Counted from the stretch's first letter, positions 21,248 to 32,307 are shown. The stretch is DNA of 64,000 nt from an uncultured Alphaproteobacteria bacterium (GCA_902610845.1 CACLXJ010000003.1:36069-100068); one strand, 5' to 3'. Made by a program: numbers and translations. Notes: generated by a model from the letters alone, not told the origin.

Positions 21248-21418
21248 ATGGATAAGCTAGTTCCAATTATTTATATGATTGGGGTGCTCTTATTAGTTCT
21301 ACCTTCTTTCTTAAGCTCTAATAGTAATTTCAAAAGTTTTTTTACTAACTTATCTATTTGGGTAGCTATTGTATTAGTTGTTTTATCTTTCTATTTTGCT
21401 TACAATTATTTTTTCTAA
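21248..21418 (+). CDS. small two-TM membrane protein (56 aa)
   Basis: Manual translation MDKLVPIIYMIGVLLLVLPSFLSS...YNYFF; starts 3 nt after the upstream stop; shorter than any ORF in the track. Confidence 0.7.
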   Translation: MDKLVPIIYMIGVLLLVLPSFLSSNSNFKSFFTNLSIWVAIVLVVLSFYFAYNYFF

Positions 21419-21486
21419 AATATTAAAAAAATATTAATTCATTTAATTGTAGACTTAGCTCAAACAAATATTTATACGAATTTTCC

Positions 21487-22596
21487 ATGTCGATTCAAGT
21501 TGTTTCAAAATCAAGAAGATTGAGAAGTACAATATATTCTTCTCGTATTGAGAAACAGGGGGTTAAGTCGTATACAATTTATAATCATATGCTTCTACCT
21601 GCGAGTTTTGGGGATACTTTAGAAGATTCCTATAATCACCTTAAAGAACATGTACAGGTTTGGGATGTTGCTGCTGAAAGACAGATAGAAATCAAAGGTA
21701 AGGATGCATACCAACTTGTACAATTAATGACATGTAGAGACCTTAGTAAGGCTAAAGCAGGTAAATGTTATTACTCCCCTATAATCGATGAAAATGGAGG
21801 GATGATAAATGATCCTGTAATACTTAAGTTTGATGATGAAAGATGGTGGATATCAATTGCTGATTCAGATCTTATGTTATTTGCCAAAGGTCTTGCAATA
21901 GGAAAAAAATTTGATGTTTCTATTTCAGAACCTGATGTAAATATTATGGCTGTACAAGGTCCTAAGGCTTTTAATTTATTAGAGAAAATTTTTGGAAATG
22001 AAATTTTAGATTTAAAATTTTATAATTTTAAATATTTTAATTTTAAAAATTCTAAACATTTAATCGCTCGTTCTGGTTGGTCTAAACAAGGTGGCGTTGA
22101 AATTTATGTTGAAGACACAAAGTCAGGCTTAGAATTATATGATTTGTTATTTGAAGAGGGAAAAGAATTTAATGTAAAACCTGGATGCCCTCATTTAATT
22201 GAAAGAATAGAAGGTGCATTATTATCATATGGAAATGATATGGATATTAATGATAATCCTCTAGAATGTGGATTAGATAAATTTGTTAATCTTGATAATG
22301 ATTTAAATTTCTTGGGTAAAGAAAAATTAATTAAAATTAAAGAGACGGGAATAGAAAAAAAAATTATGGGAGTAAAAATTAATTTAGATAAAATAAATCT
22401 AAGATCTACTATTGATTTAAAAATAGATGGTAAGAAAATAGGTGAAGTTAGATCTGCTGTTTATTCACCAAAATTCAAAAAAGTCATTGGTATTGCTATG
22501 ATAAATAAGCCATACTTTTTATCTAATCACAAATTTGATATCGTTGTAAACGATAAAGAATGTACTGGAGAAATTTGCGATTTACCATTTATATAA
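21487..22596 (+). CDS. dmdA: dimethylsulfoniopropionate demethylase
   Basis: GcvT-family protein with DmdA-type motifs [24 protein letters not shown] and [11 protein letters not shown]. Confidence 0.88.
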   Translation: MSIQVVSKSRRLRSTIYSSRIEKQGVKSYTIYNHMLLPASFGDTLEDSYNHLKEHVQVWDVAAERQIEIKGKDAYQLVQLMTCRDLSKAKAGKCYYSPIIDENGGMINDPVILKFDDERWWISIADSDLMLFAKGLAIGKKFDVSISEPDVNIMAVQGPKAFNLLEKIFGNEILDLKFYNFKYFNFKNSKHLIARSGWSKQGGVEIYVEDTKSGLELYDLLFEEGKEFNVKPGCPHLIERIEGALLSYGNDMDINDNPLECGLDKFVNLDNDLNFLGKEKLIKIKETGIEKKIMGVKINLDKINLRSTIDLKIDGKKIGEVRSAVYSPKFKKVIGIAMINKPYFLSNHKFDIVVNDKECTGEICDLPFI

Positions 22597-22605
22597 ATAA
22601 TTTTT

Positions 22606-23493
22606 ATGACTAATAATACTAAAGCTATAATATTAGCATTAGTAGCTTCTGTTTCTGGAGTTACGATGAATGTATTGTTAAAAATTTCACTTGATGATGT
22701 AAATGTTTATACAGCAGGTTTTTTAAGATTTTTTTTTGGATTTATTTTAATTTCTCCTTTTATTTTTTATTATCAATTTCAAAACTTTAAAACTCCAAAT
22801 TTGAAAATACATTTAACAAGAGGGATTTTAAATATTCCTATGATGCTACTAGGATTTTCTGCTTTAAAATTTATCCCTTTAGAGCAGATTAAAGCGATTA
22901 CATTTGTAAGTCCAATTATCGTAGTTATACTCAGTGTAATTTTTCTAAAAGAAAAAATTTATCTAATTCGTATAGTGGCATTAATAATTGGATTAATTGG
23001 TGTGCTTGTAATTTTAAGGCCTGGTATAGTAAGCATAAATGTAGGTGCATATATGGTTTTGTGCTCTTGTTCAATATGGTCAGTAGTAGTTATAATTACA
23101 AAATTTGCCGCAAGAGTAGACAGTCCTTTTACAATTCTTTCTTATCAATACACTATTGTAACATTACTATCTTTTCCAATAGCACTTTACTTTTGGCAAT
23201 CACCATCGATAGATACTATTTATTATTTAATCTGTGCAGGTATAGCTGGAACAATTGTTCATTTATGTATTAATACAGCTTATAAACTTACAGACTTATC
23301 TGTCCTTCAGCCTGTTAACTTTTCAAGATTATTAATTGCTTCTTTATTTGGGTTTCTAATTTTTGATGAAATTCCTGATATTTGGACAATAATTGGTGGT
23401 TTAATTATTTTTTCTTCAATATTAATTATAACATACAGAGAAAATTATTTAAAAAAAGATATCGCAAAGCATTCTATTCCTATTAAGCTTTAA
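22606..23493 (+). CDS. EamA/DMT family transporter
   Basis: Ten TM segments with two EamA repeats. Confidence 0.88.
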   Translation: MTNNTKAIILALVASVSGVTMNVLLKISLDDVNVYTAGFLRFFFGFILISPFIFYYQFQNFKTPNLKIHLTRGILNIPMMLLGFSALKFIPLEQIKAITFVSPIIVVILSVIFLKEKIYLIRIVALIIGLIGVLVILRPGIVSINVGAYMVLCSCSIWSVVVIITKFAARVDSPFTILSYQYTIVTLLSFPIALYFWQSPSIDTIYYLICAGIAGTIVHLCINTAYKLTDLSVLQPVNFSRLLIASLFGFLIFDEIPDIWTIIGGLIIFSSILIITYRENYLKKDIAKHSIPIKL

Positions 23494-23501
23494 TTTGTTT
23501 A

Positions 23502-24392
23502 ATGAATAATAATATTAAAGCAATTTTGTTGACTGCTTCAGCTTCTTTCTTTGCAGTATTAATGGAAGGGTTAATTAGAGCAGCTCAATATGACTCTAAT
23601 GTTTATACTATTGGTTTCTTAAGATTTTTTTTTGGTTTTATAATTATTTTTCCATACTTACTAAAAAATAATTTTGTAAATTATAAAACTAAAAATCTAA
23701 AATTCTATCTTCTTCGTGGATTATTTAATATCCCTGTTATGATTTTAGGATTTGGTGCTCTTATTTATGTTCCACTTGAACAGTTTAAGGCAATGAATTT
23801 TCTAAGCCCTATACTTGTAGTTTTACTAAGTTTTTTAATTTTTAGAGAAAAAATTTACAACTATCGTATCTTAGCTTTAGTTATAGGATTTATAGGTACA
23901 TTGATAATTATAAGACCAGGTATTGTTCAGTTTAATGTAGGAACAGTAATGGTTTTAGTTTCTCTTGTATTCTGGTCTTTTATAATAATTTTATCAAAAT
24001 TTGTTTCAAAAGATGATTCTCCAATTACAATGGTAACTTACCAGTATACATTAATGACAATTTTTGCTTTACCACTTGCATTATTTTTTTGGGACACACC
24101 TTCTTTAACTTCAATAATTTATGTATTCATAGGTGCAATCTCTGGAACAATCTTACATTTGTGTCTTGGTCTAGCATACAAATATGCTGATTTATCAGTT
24201 ACACAGCCAATCTGGTTTACAGGTTTAATTTTTGGATCTGGTATTGGTTATTTTTCTTTTAATGAAATACCTGATTTGTGGACATGGATAGGAGGTATTG
24301 TTGTATTTTCCTCTGTTCTTTTAATCACTTACCGTGAAAGAAATAATGCCAAAATATCAAAAAATGGCGATATTAATACCATAAATAATTAA
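23502..24392 (+). CDS. EamA/DMT family transporter (tandem paralog)
   Basis: Clearly similar to the upstream gene (GFLRFFFG, AYK..DLSV.QP, ITYRE). Confidence 0.88.
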   Translation: MNNNIKAILLTASASFFAVLMEGLIRAAQYDSNVYTIGFLRFFFGFIIIFPYLLKNNFVNYKTKNLKFYLLRGLFNIPVMILGFGALIYVPLEQFKAMNFLSPILVVLLSFLIFREKIYNYRILALVIGFIGTLIIIRPGIVQFNVGTVMVLVSLVFWSFIIILSKFVSKDDSPITMVTYQYTLMTIFALPLALFFWDTPSLTSIIYVFIGAISGTILHLCLGLAYKYADLSVTQPIWFTGLIFGSGIGYFSFNEIPDLWTWIGGIVVFSSVLLITYRERNNAKISKNGDINTINN

Positions 24393-24480
24393 ATTAAAAT
24401 AATGATAGTTATTATTTCAATTTACTAGTAATTTTTTTAATTTTAGTTAATATTTACTAAATAAAATATTGGGAGGTAAT

Positions 24481-25689
24481 ATGAAATTACTTATTAAATT
24501 ATTTTTGATTTCTTTAACTATTCTTCCTTTCGCTAAAACTTCTTACGCTGAAGAATTAATTATTTGGAGTAGGGGTGGCTGGTCTGATTGGATGGTTGAG
24601 GGTTTTAATAAAAAAATGGCTGATGAAGGAAAAGATATTGTCGCTATTAATAACTTAATTGGACACGCTGACTTTCAGGTCAAATTTACTGCCGCTCTAG
24701 CCGCTGGTGAAAGAGTTGATGTTGCAAATATAGATTTAATTAATGTACCTTATTATGCTGCAATTGGAGCTTTAGAAGACATGACTGATTTTTTAAAGTC
24801 ACAACCATATTATGATCAATTAAATGGTCCAATGCTAGCACTAGGTAGTTATGATGGCACACACTTTGCTGCACCAAATGCTGCTGATGTATCAGGATAT
24901 GTTTATAATAAAAAACTTATGCCAACTCCTCCTAAGGATTGGGCAGAGATGGCAAGTATGTGCGAAGACTTTGCTGCAAAAGGACAGCTAATGATGGCAT
25001 GGCCTTCAAAAAGTTATGGTGGCATGATCTTTACAGGTATGCCAGTTGCTTGGGCAAATGGTGGTTCATGGGTTAGTAAAGATGGTAAAACAGCCGAGTT
25101 AAATCATCCAAAAACAGTTGAATGGTTTAAGCATTACCAAAATTTAATTAATATTGGTTGTGTACCAGAAAATGTCGATGTTTGGGATTGGCCAGATAAA
25201 CAAGATGGTTTCCTTGCAGGTGATATTGCAATGATTGGCACAGGAAATTTCATGATTAATGTTGTTAAAGATCATACAGAAAAAGTAGATGCCGGATTTA
25301 CAGCATTTATGGGTAGTGATGGTTCTAGTAACTCAGCATTTATTGGAGGCGACTTAATTGCAATTCCAGTTACAACTGGTGCTAAAGAAGCAGCTCTTGA
25401 ATACATTGAATATGTATTATCTGAGGCTGGTCAAATCGAAGTGTATACTAAAAATGGTGGTATACCAATTCGTGCTGATCTGTTTGAAGGTAATCCATAC
25501 CTAACAGATGATCACATGGTATTTGCTAATGCATCTACAGTTGGAGATGTTCCATATACTACTGTTTATCAAGAGTTAATGGATCCATGGCAAGTTGCAA
25601 ATCAAAGAATTTTTGCTGGTGAAGATGTACAGACAGTTCTTGATGAGCAAAATGCAATTATGCAAAAAATTATTGATGCTGGTCATTAA
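24481..25689 (+). CDS. carbohydrate ABC transporter substrate-binding protein
   Basis: Signal peptide, SBP_bac_1-like features, GGAGG RBS, leads the permease genes. Confidence 0.88.
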   Translation: MKLLIKLFLISLTILPFAKTSYAEELIIWSRGGWSDWMVEGFNKKMADEGKDIVAINNLIGHADFQVKFTAALAAGERVDVANIDLINVPYYAAIGALEDMTDFLKSQPYYDQLNGPMLALGSYDGTHFAAPNAADVSGYVYNKKLMPTPPKDWAEMASMCEDFAAKGQLMMAWPSKSYGGMIFTGMPVAWANGGSWVSKDGKTAELNHPKTVEWFKHYQNLINIGCVPENVDVWDWPDKQDGFLAGDIAMIGTGNFMINVVKDHTEKVDAGFTAFMGSDGSSNSAFIGGDLIAIPVTTGAKEAALEYIEYVLSEAGQIEVYTKNGGIPIRADLFEGNPYLTDDHMVFANASTVGDVPYTTVYQELMDPWQVANQRIFAGEDVQTVLDEQNAIMQKIIDAGH

Positions 25690-25715
25690 TATATAAAGTA
25701 TTGTAGGCGAAATTT

Positions 25716-26594
25716 ATGAACAGATTACGAAAAGAACAACTCGTTGGTCTCTTAATGGTTTCGCCTGCATTAATCTTACTTGCAGTTTTTTTTCTTTACC
25801 CACTTGTAAATTCTTTTTACATGTCTTTTCATAAGTGGCCACTTTTTGGAAAACCAAAGTGGGTAGGACTAGATAACTATATTTTTATGTTCCAAGATGA
25901 ACGTTTTTGGGAGTCATTAAAATTTACTTTTGTTTATACTTTGACTGTAACACCAATGCTATTTGTTGTTGCTCTTGGAACTGCTCTTTTATGTAATGCA
26001 AAAGCTTGGGGAACTACTTTCTTTAGAAGTATTTATTTTTTACCTGTAGTTATGTCTTTTGCCACAGCTAGTTATGTGTGGTTATGGCTTTATAGTGAAA
26101 TGTATGGAGTTATTATTTATGCATTAGAATTTTTTGGTTTTGGTGGAGAAAAGAAAAATCTTAATGTTTGGAAAACAGGCACATCATCAATGTGGGCTGT
26201 TAATGCTATGGTCACATGGAAATTTTCTGGCATCCAAATGATTATTTTGATTGCCGGATTACAAGCTATACGAGATGATTATTATGAGGCATCTAAATTA
26301 ATGGGAGCCTCACGATGGCAAACAATTTGGAATGTAACACTTCCTCTTCTAAGACCTTCTATTGCTTTAGCGTTAATTTTATCTATAGCAGGTTCAATTC
26401 AAGCCTATGAACAATTTGTCATTATGACAAGAGGCGGTCCTTCAAATTCTACTAAAACACTTGTTATGCATACGGTTGATATGGGATTTGATTATTTTAA
26501 ATTAGGTCCTGCAGCTTCTCTTGGTGTAATCATTATGATAATACTTTTTATTCTCACTGTAATTCAATTACGTTTGTTTAGAAAGAATTACTAA
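25716..26594 (+). CDS. carbohydrate ABC permease (MalF-like)
   Basis: VGLDNY, YYEASKLMGA (EAA loop) and MTRGGP motifs. Confidence 0.9.
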   Translation: MNRLRKEQLVGLLMVSPALILLAVFFLYPLVNSFYMSFHKWPLFGKPKWVGLDNYIFMFQDERFWESLKFTFVYTLTVTPMLFVVALGTALLCNAKAWGTTFFRSIYFLPVVMSFATASYVWLWLYSEMYGVIIYALEFFGFGGEKKNLNVWKTGTSSMWAVNAMVTWKFSGIQMIILIAGLQAIRDDYYEASKLMGASRWQTIWNVTLPLLRPSIALALILSIAGSIQAYEQFVIMTRGGPSNSTKTLVMHTVDMGFDYFKLGPAASLGVIIMIILFILTVIQLRLFRKNY

Positions 26595-27521
26595 GTGAGA
26601 CGTTACTCATCAGATTGGTATTGGTATTATGCAATTAACTATACATTAGTTATAATAATTATTTTTCCAATTTATTGGACACTTATTTCATCATTTAAAA
26701 AGCCTAGTGAATTAATTACTAGTGAGCCTACTTTCTATCCTCATGATTTAACTCTTCAGTATTATGATCAAATTTGGAATTTTGATAGACTCAAAAGACT
26801 TCAAGATACTGAAACAGAAGACTCAGATTCTTCTGGTGTTGAAATTGAAAGCAAATTTCGACTTGATGGTGAAGGTGTTAAAAGACCTTTTATAAATAGT
26901 GCAATAGTATCAGCTGGAACAATTATACTAACTATTATAGTTTGTACCTTTGGTGGTTACGCTCTTACTGTTTTAAAAACTCCTTTAAAAAATTTTTTTT
27001 TCTTGTTAGTAATTTTACCAATTTTAATTCCAGGTATTTCTCTAATAATACCTCTCTACAAGTTATTAAAAGATTTAGGACTTACTAATTCTCATTTAGG
27101 TTTAATCTTAATTCATACTTGTGGAATGTTACCTTTAGGAATCTTTATGATGAGAAATGCATTTAACAGTATACCTTCTTCATTAAGAGAGGTAGCAATG
27201 CTAGAAGGTTCAAGCGAATTAAAAATTATTACTTCTGTTATGTTACCGTTAGCAATTCCTGGCCTTTTAACAGTTATGGTTTTTGCAATGTATGTCTCTT
27301 GGAATGATTATATTTATGCATTTATATTTATAAATTCACCTGAAAATACAATGTTAAACATTTCATTAATGAAAATTGCATTAGGTGGATCTCAATTTGA
27401 AATGAAATGGGGAAGTTTAACAGCGGGTTCAATTGTTAGTTTTCTTCCAATAATAATTTTTTATACTTTTCTTCAGCAATATTTTGTTAGAGGAGTTACA
27501 GGAAGCGCAGTAAAAGAATAG
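26595..27521 (+). CDS. carbohydrate ABC permease (MalG-like), copy 1
   Basis: LREVAMLEG EAA-like loop, WNDY, C-terminal GSAVKE. Confidence 0.9.
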   Translation: MRRYSSDWYWYYAINYTLVIIIIFPIYWTLISSFKKPSELITSEPTFYPHDLTLQYYDQIWNFDRLKRLQDTETEDSDSSGVEIESKFRLDGEGVKRPFINSAIVSAGTIILTIIVCTFGGYALTVLKTPLKNFFFLLVILPILIPGISLIIPLYKLLKDLGLTNSHLGLILIHTCGMLPLGIFMMRNAFNSIPSSLREVAMLEGSSELKIITSVMLPLAIPGLLTVMVFAMYVSWNDYIYAFIFINSPENTMLNISLMKIALGGSQFEMKWGSLTAGSIVSFLPIIIFYTFLQQYFVRGVTGSAVKE

Positions 27522-27529
27522 GGGGTTTT

Positions 27530-28585
27530 ATGTATTCTGTAAATTTAAATAATGTAACAAAAAAATGGGGTGATGTAACTGCTGTTGATCAAGTAAATCT
27601 CCATATTAATGAAGGAGAATTCGTTGTACTTTTAGGACCATCAGGATGTGGTAAAACAACTACTATGCGTCTTGTTGCTGGATTAGAAGATATAACTGAT
27701 GGTGAGATTAAAATTGGTGATGAAATTGTAAACGATGTTGACCCAAGAAAAAGAGATGTATCAATGGTATTTCAAAATTATAGTCTTTTCCCCCACATGA
27801 CTGTTAGAAATAATATTGCTTATCCTCTAAAAATGAAAAAAATTCCAAGTTCAGAACACGATAAACTTATTAAAGAAGTTTCTTCACTTGTTGAATTGCA
27901 AGATTTATTACACCGTAAACCAGCTGAATTATCAGGTGGTCAAAGGCAACGTGTTGCTTTAGCAAGAGCAATAGTACGTCAACCACGTGTCTTTTTAATG
28001 GATGAGCCTCTTTCAAATCTTGATGCTATATTGAGAGTTACAACGAGAGCAGAATTAAAAAATCTACATCACCGACTTGGTGTAACAACAATATATGTAA
28101 CTCATGATCAGGTAGAAGCGATGACACTTGCAAATAGAATTGCTGTTATGAACCACGGTAAACTTTTGCAGTTTGATAAACCACAGGTAATATTTGATGA
28201 CCCTTCTTCTAAATTCGTTGCAGGTTTTATTGGATCACCTGCAATGAATTTAATTGATGGTCGTGTAGAAAATAAAAAATTTATTTCTGATAGTCTTACG
28301 ACATCTTTTGATATTGATTATGAAGGTGATATTACCCTTGGAGTCAGACCTGATAAAATTCAAATAGTTAATGATACTGACACAAATAATGGATCTGCTA
28401 AAGTTTATTCTGTCGAATTAACTGGTGAAGCAAATCTAGTAACATTCAAATCAAATAATCAAAATCTAATTGTTAAAACAGATAAAAACACACATTACGA
28501 TATTGATTCCGTTTTAAAATTAAACTTCAATAAAGAAGATTGTTACTTTTTTGATATTAATAGTGAGGAGAGATTGAGAATATGA
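27530..28585 (+). CDS. carbohydrate ABC ATP-binding protein (MalK/MsiK-like)
   Basis: GPSGCGKTT, LSGGQRQR and MDEPLSNLD motifs; C-terminal TOBE-like region. Confidence 0.93.
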   Translation: MYSVNLNNVTKKWGDVTAVDQVNLHINEGEFVVLLGPSGCGKTTTMRLVAGLEDITDGEIKIGDEIVNDVDPRKRDVSMVFQNYSLFPHMTVRNNIAYPLKMKKIPSSEHDKLIKEVSSLVELQDLLHRKPAELSGGQRQRVALARAIVRQPRVFLMDEPLSNLDAILRVTTRAELKNLHHRLGVTTIYVTHDQVEAMTLANRIAVMNHGKLLQFDKPQVIFDDPSSKFVAGFIGSPAMNLIDGRVENKKFISDSLTTSFDIDYEGDITLGVRPDKIQIVNDTDTNNGSAKVYSVELTGEANLVTFKSNNQNLIVKTDKNTHYDIDSVLKLNFNKEDCYFFDINSEERLRI

Positions 28586-30528
28586 ACATTTCAGATACAA
28601 AAATAAATAATGGTTTTTGGAAAGAGAGAAAAGAATTAAACAAAAGCGTATCTTTATATGCAGTTTTAAAATCATTTGAAGATACCGGAAGAATAAGAGC
28701 GTTGACTGGAGACAATGATCCTGTGAAAGAAAGACCACATATATTTTGGGAATCAGACCTTGCAAAATTAATGGAAGGTGCTTTTTATTCTATGCAGCAA
28801 GAAAAGGATGAAAAATTAGAAAAAATATGTGATTCAATTATTGATAAAATTATCGCTAACCAAGAAGAAGATGGTTATTTAAACTACTTTTTTTCAAAGC
28901 ATGAACCAGATAATAAATTTACGAATTTAAGAGATAGGCATGAATTATATTGTGCGGGACACTTACTAGAATCTGCTGTCGAACATCATAAAGCGACTGG
29001 AAATTCAAAATTTTTTGATGCTATGGAAAGATATGTTGATCATATTATTTCTAAATTTGGAAAAGAGGAAGGTAAGATGAGAGGCTATCCTGGTCATCAA
29101 GAAATAGAATTAGCACTTGTAAAAGCTTATGAACATACAAATAAGCAAAAATTTCTTGATCTTGCAACTTACTTTATAGACGAACGTGGAACTCACAATG
29201 AGCCCAAAGATCATTATTATGTAAAAGAAAAAAAGAAATTAATGGAAAAAGAAGGTGAAATTGATTTTTCATTATTGCCGTCAGCAATGAGAGATTTTGC
29301 AGCTTTTGATCAAGATTTCATGGGTAAAACATTCAGGGATTTGCATTATTGGCAGGCTCATGAGAGACCGGTTGATCAAAAGACAGCTGAAGGACATTCT
29401 GTAAGAGCTCTGTATATGTTTACTGCCATGGCGGACTTAGCAAGATTAAATAATGATGAGCAAATGTTAAAAGCTTGTAAAACTTTATGGAGAAATATTG
29501 TAGATAAAAGAATGTATGTGCATAGTGGTGTTGGAAGTGCTCATATAGGTGAGAGATTTACTTTTGATTATGATTTACCTAATGACATGGCTTATGCTGA
29601 GACATGTGCAACAATAGCACTAATTTATTTTGCTAATAGAATGTCTAAGATGGAATTAAATAGTGAGTATGGTGATATTGTTGAAAATAGTTTGTATAAT
29701 TTATTACTAGCTAGCACTTCACTTGATGGAAAAGGATTTTTCTATGACAATTATTTAGAATGTAATCCTGGTTACTTACATTCGCAACAAAGAAGACATG
29801 GAATAAGAGATGAGTATCATAAGTGTTCTTGTTGTCCTCCAAATATAACACGTTTATTTGCAAGTATGGATATGTATATTTATAATGAATTTGAAGATTC
29901 ATTAGTAGTTGATCAGTATATTTCATCAGAAACTAATTTTATGAATAAGCCTCAAGGTGTAAAATTAAATCAAACTAGTGATTTTCCTCATAAAGGATAT
30001 TCAAAAATTGAAATAATTGAATCAGCTAATAAGGAAACAACGATTTATTTTAGAATTCCTTCATGGGACAAGAATATGCAAATTAATCTTAATGGATCTA
30101 AAGTCGATTACGAAGTTGTTAATGGGTATGCAAAAATAAATAAAAGTTGGCAAAAAAATGATGTTGTTGAATTACATTTTGATTTTTCACCAAGGTATCT
30201 TCGTACCAATCCTAATGTTAGATACAATATAGGAAGAGCATGTTTATTCAGAGGTCCAGTTCTTTATTGTCTAGAAGAACATGACAATGGAAATTATTTA
30301 AATAAATTAATTTTAGATACTAATAATAATCTTGATGAAAAAAAAGAAAAAATAAATTCTGAAGATATTATTTCTTTAACAACTAAAGGTTTTAAATTTA
30401 AAGATACTGATAATTTATATATTCAAGATAAGCCTGACATGATGGAAACATCGCTTAAATTTATTCCATATTATTGTTGGTCTAATAGAGGCGAAAATGA
30501 AATGTTGGTATGGGTTAATGAAAATTAA
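28582..30528 (+). CDS. glycoside hydrolase family 127 (beta-L-arabinofuranosidase-like)
   Basis: HELYCAGH, GHQEIELAL, GHSVRA, ERFT, YAETCA and CSCCPPN motifs; no signal peptide. Confidence 0.9.
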   Translation: MNISDTKINNGFWKERKELNKSVSLYAVLKSFEDTGRIRALTGDNDPVKERPHIFWESDLAKLMEGAFYSMQQEKDEKLEKICDSIIDKIIANQEEDGYLNYFFSKHEPDNKFTNLRDRHELYCAGHLLESAVEHHKATGNSKFFDAMERYVDHIISKFGKEEGKMRGYPGHQEIELALVKAYEHTNKQKFLDLATYFIDERGTHNEPKDHYYVKEKKKLMEKEGEIDFSLLPSAMRDFAAFDQDFMGKTFRDLHYWQAHERPVDQKTAEGHSVRALYMFTAMADLARLNNDEQMLKACKTLWRNIVDKRMYVHSGVGSAHIGERFTFDYDLPNDMAYAETCATIALIYFANRMSKMELNSEYGDIVENSLYNLLLASTSLDGKGFFYDNYLECNPGYLHSQQRRHGIRDEYHKCSCCPPNITRLFASMDMYIYNEFEDSLVVDQYISSETNFMNKPQGVKLNQTSDFPHKGYSKIEIIESANKETTIYFRIPSWDKNMQINLNGSKVDYEVVNGYAKINKSWQKNDVVELHFDFSPRYLRTNPNVRYNIGRACLFRGPVLYCLEEHDNGNYLNKLILDTNNNLDEKKEKINSEDIISLTTKGFKFKDTDNLYIQDKPDMMETSLKFIPYYCWSNRGENEMLVWVNEN

Positions 30529-30546
30529 TTTCTTTTAATTTCATTA

Positions 30547-31404
30547 ATGAAAAAATATAAAACAGATTGGTATTTGTATTATCTTATAAATGTCACTTTG
30601 ATAATTCTTGTTTCTTTTCCTATTTATTGGGCGTTTGTTTCATCTATAAAACCACCTAATGAACTAATAACAAATACTCCAACACTCTTTCCAATAAATC
30701 CAACATTTGAAAGTTATGAAAGAATTTGGAATTTAGAGCCTACTAGCTCTAGGGGTAATGTAAGATCTGCATTTACAAATAGTGCAATTGTATCTATTGG
30801 TACTGTAGTTCTATCAGCTATTATTTCTACGTTAGCTGCATATGCTCTTACCATTTTAAGAACTCCATTTAGACATTTTATTTTTTTACTTATAATTATG
30901 CCAATTTTAATACCTGGAATATCACTCTTAATTCCTCTTTATAAATTAGTAAAAGAACTTGGGTTGATGAACTCATATTTAGGCTTAATCTTAATACACT
31001 CAACAGGCATGCTAACTTTAGGAGTTTTTTTAATGAGAAATGCTTTTATGAGTATACCAACATCTTTACGTGAAGTAGCTTTGTTAGAAGGTTCTAGTGA
31101 GCTACGTATTATGTTTACTGTTATGTTGCCATTAGCCATACCAGGTCTTTTAACGCTCATGGTTTTTGCTCTTTATGGGTCATGGAATGATTTTATTTTA
31201 GCTTTTCTCTTTGTAAATACTATTGATATGGAAATGCTAAATGTTTTCCTAATGAAATTAACATTTGCAGGATCTCAGTTTGACACTTTTTGGGGGCTAT
31301 TAAATGCAGGTGCAATAATAAGTTTTGTACCAATTATTGTGTTCTATATTTTTCTCCAACAGTACTTTGTTAGAGGAGTTACGGGAAGTGCTGTGAAAGA
31401 GTAG
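30547..31404 (+). CDS. carbohydrate ABC permease (MalG-like), copy 2
   Basis: LREVALLEG, WNDF and C-terminal GSAVKE. Confidence 0.9.
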   Translation: MKKYKTDWYLYYLINVTLIILVSFPIYWAFVSSIKPPNELITNTPTLFPINPTFESYERIWNLEPTSSRGNVRSAFTNSAIVSIGTVVLSAIISTLAAYALTILRTPFRHFIFLLIIMPILIPGISLLIPLYKLVKELGLMNSYLGLILIHSTGMLTLGVFLMRNAFMSIPTSLREVALLEGSSELRIMFTVMLPLAIPGLLTLMVFALYGSWNDFILAFLFVNTIDMEMLNVFLMKLTFAGSQFDTFWGLLNAGAIISFVPIIVFYIFLQQYFVRGVTGSAVKE

Positions 31405-31405
31405 T

Positions 31406-32302
31406 GTGAAAAGATATTCATCTGATTGGTATTGGTATTATGTAATTAACTACGCTTTAGTAGTAGTAATATTATTCCCTATTTACTGGACTTTCATTTC
31501 TTCAGTTAAGGTACCAGATGAATTAATTACAAGTAATCCAACTTTTTACCCTCATAATTGGACATGGGAGTATTATGATACAACATGGAACTTTGATGAT
31601 GAAATGAGGACTAAGCTTCAGAAAAAAGTATCTGGAAGTACAACAATAACAGCAGGTATTGAAAGAGCTTTTTTTAATAGTGGTATAGTCACTTTAGGAA
31701 CTATTGTTCTATCTTTAATTGTTTCAACACTAGCTGGTTATTCTTTAACTTTTTTTAGAATACCATTTAAGGAGGCAATTTTTATTGCATTAATTTTACC
31801 TATATTAATTCCTGCTGTTTCTTTAATAATTCCTATTTACAAATTATTAAAAACTCTTGGATTGACTGATACTCATATTGGTTTAATTTTTTTACATTCA
31901 ACAGGTATGCTGCCTATTGGCGTTTTTATGATGAGAAATGCTTTTAGCAGTATTCCTTCCTCATTAAGAGAAGTAGCTTTGTTGGAGGGGACTTCAGAAT
32001 TAAGAATAATGTCCACAATCATGATACCTCTTGCTGTTCCAGGGTTATTAACAGTAATGGTTTTTGCCTTATATATTTCATGGAATGATTATATTTTAGC
32101 TTTCATTTATATAAACAGCCCAGAAAATATTATGCTTAATACTACACTGGCCAAAATAGCGCTTGGAGGTGCTAAATTTGAAATGAAATGGGGTAATTTA
32201 ACAGCAGGTTCAATTATAAGTTTTATACCAATTATTATTATTTATTCAATTTTGCAAAGATACTTTATCAGAGGAATTACTGGAAGTGCTGTTAAAGAAT
32301 AA
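31406..32302 (+). CDS. carbohydrate ABC permease (MalG-like), copy 3
   Basis: N-terminus RYSSDWYWYY shared with copy 1; GSAVKE end. Confidence 0.9.
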   Translation: MKRYSSDWYWYYVINYALVVVILFPIYWTFISSVKVPDELITSNPTFYPHNWTWEYYDTTWNFDDEMRTKLQKKVSGSTTITAGIERAFFNSGIVTLGTIVLSLIVSTLAGYSLTFFRIPFKEAIFIALILPILIPAVSLIIPIYKLLKTLGLTDTHIGLIFLHSTGMLPIGVFMMRNAFSSIPSSLREVALLEGTSELRIMSTIMIPLAVPGLLTVMVFALYISWNDYILAFIYINSPENIMLNTTLAKIALGGAKFEMKWGNLTAGSIISFIPIIIIYSILQRYFIRGITGSAVKE

Positions 32303-32307
32303 TAGTA

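Noticed and set aside
24421..24462. Palindromes TTACTAGTAA and TTTAGT-N8-ACTAAA as LacI operators
   Set aside because: Very AT-rich, no central CG, and not clearly repeated at the other island promoters
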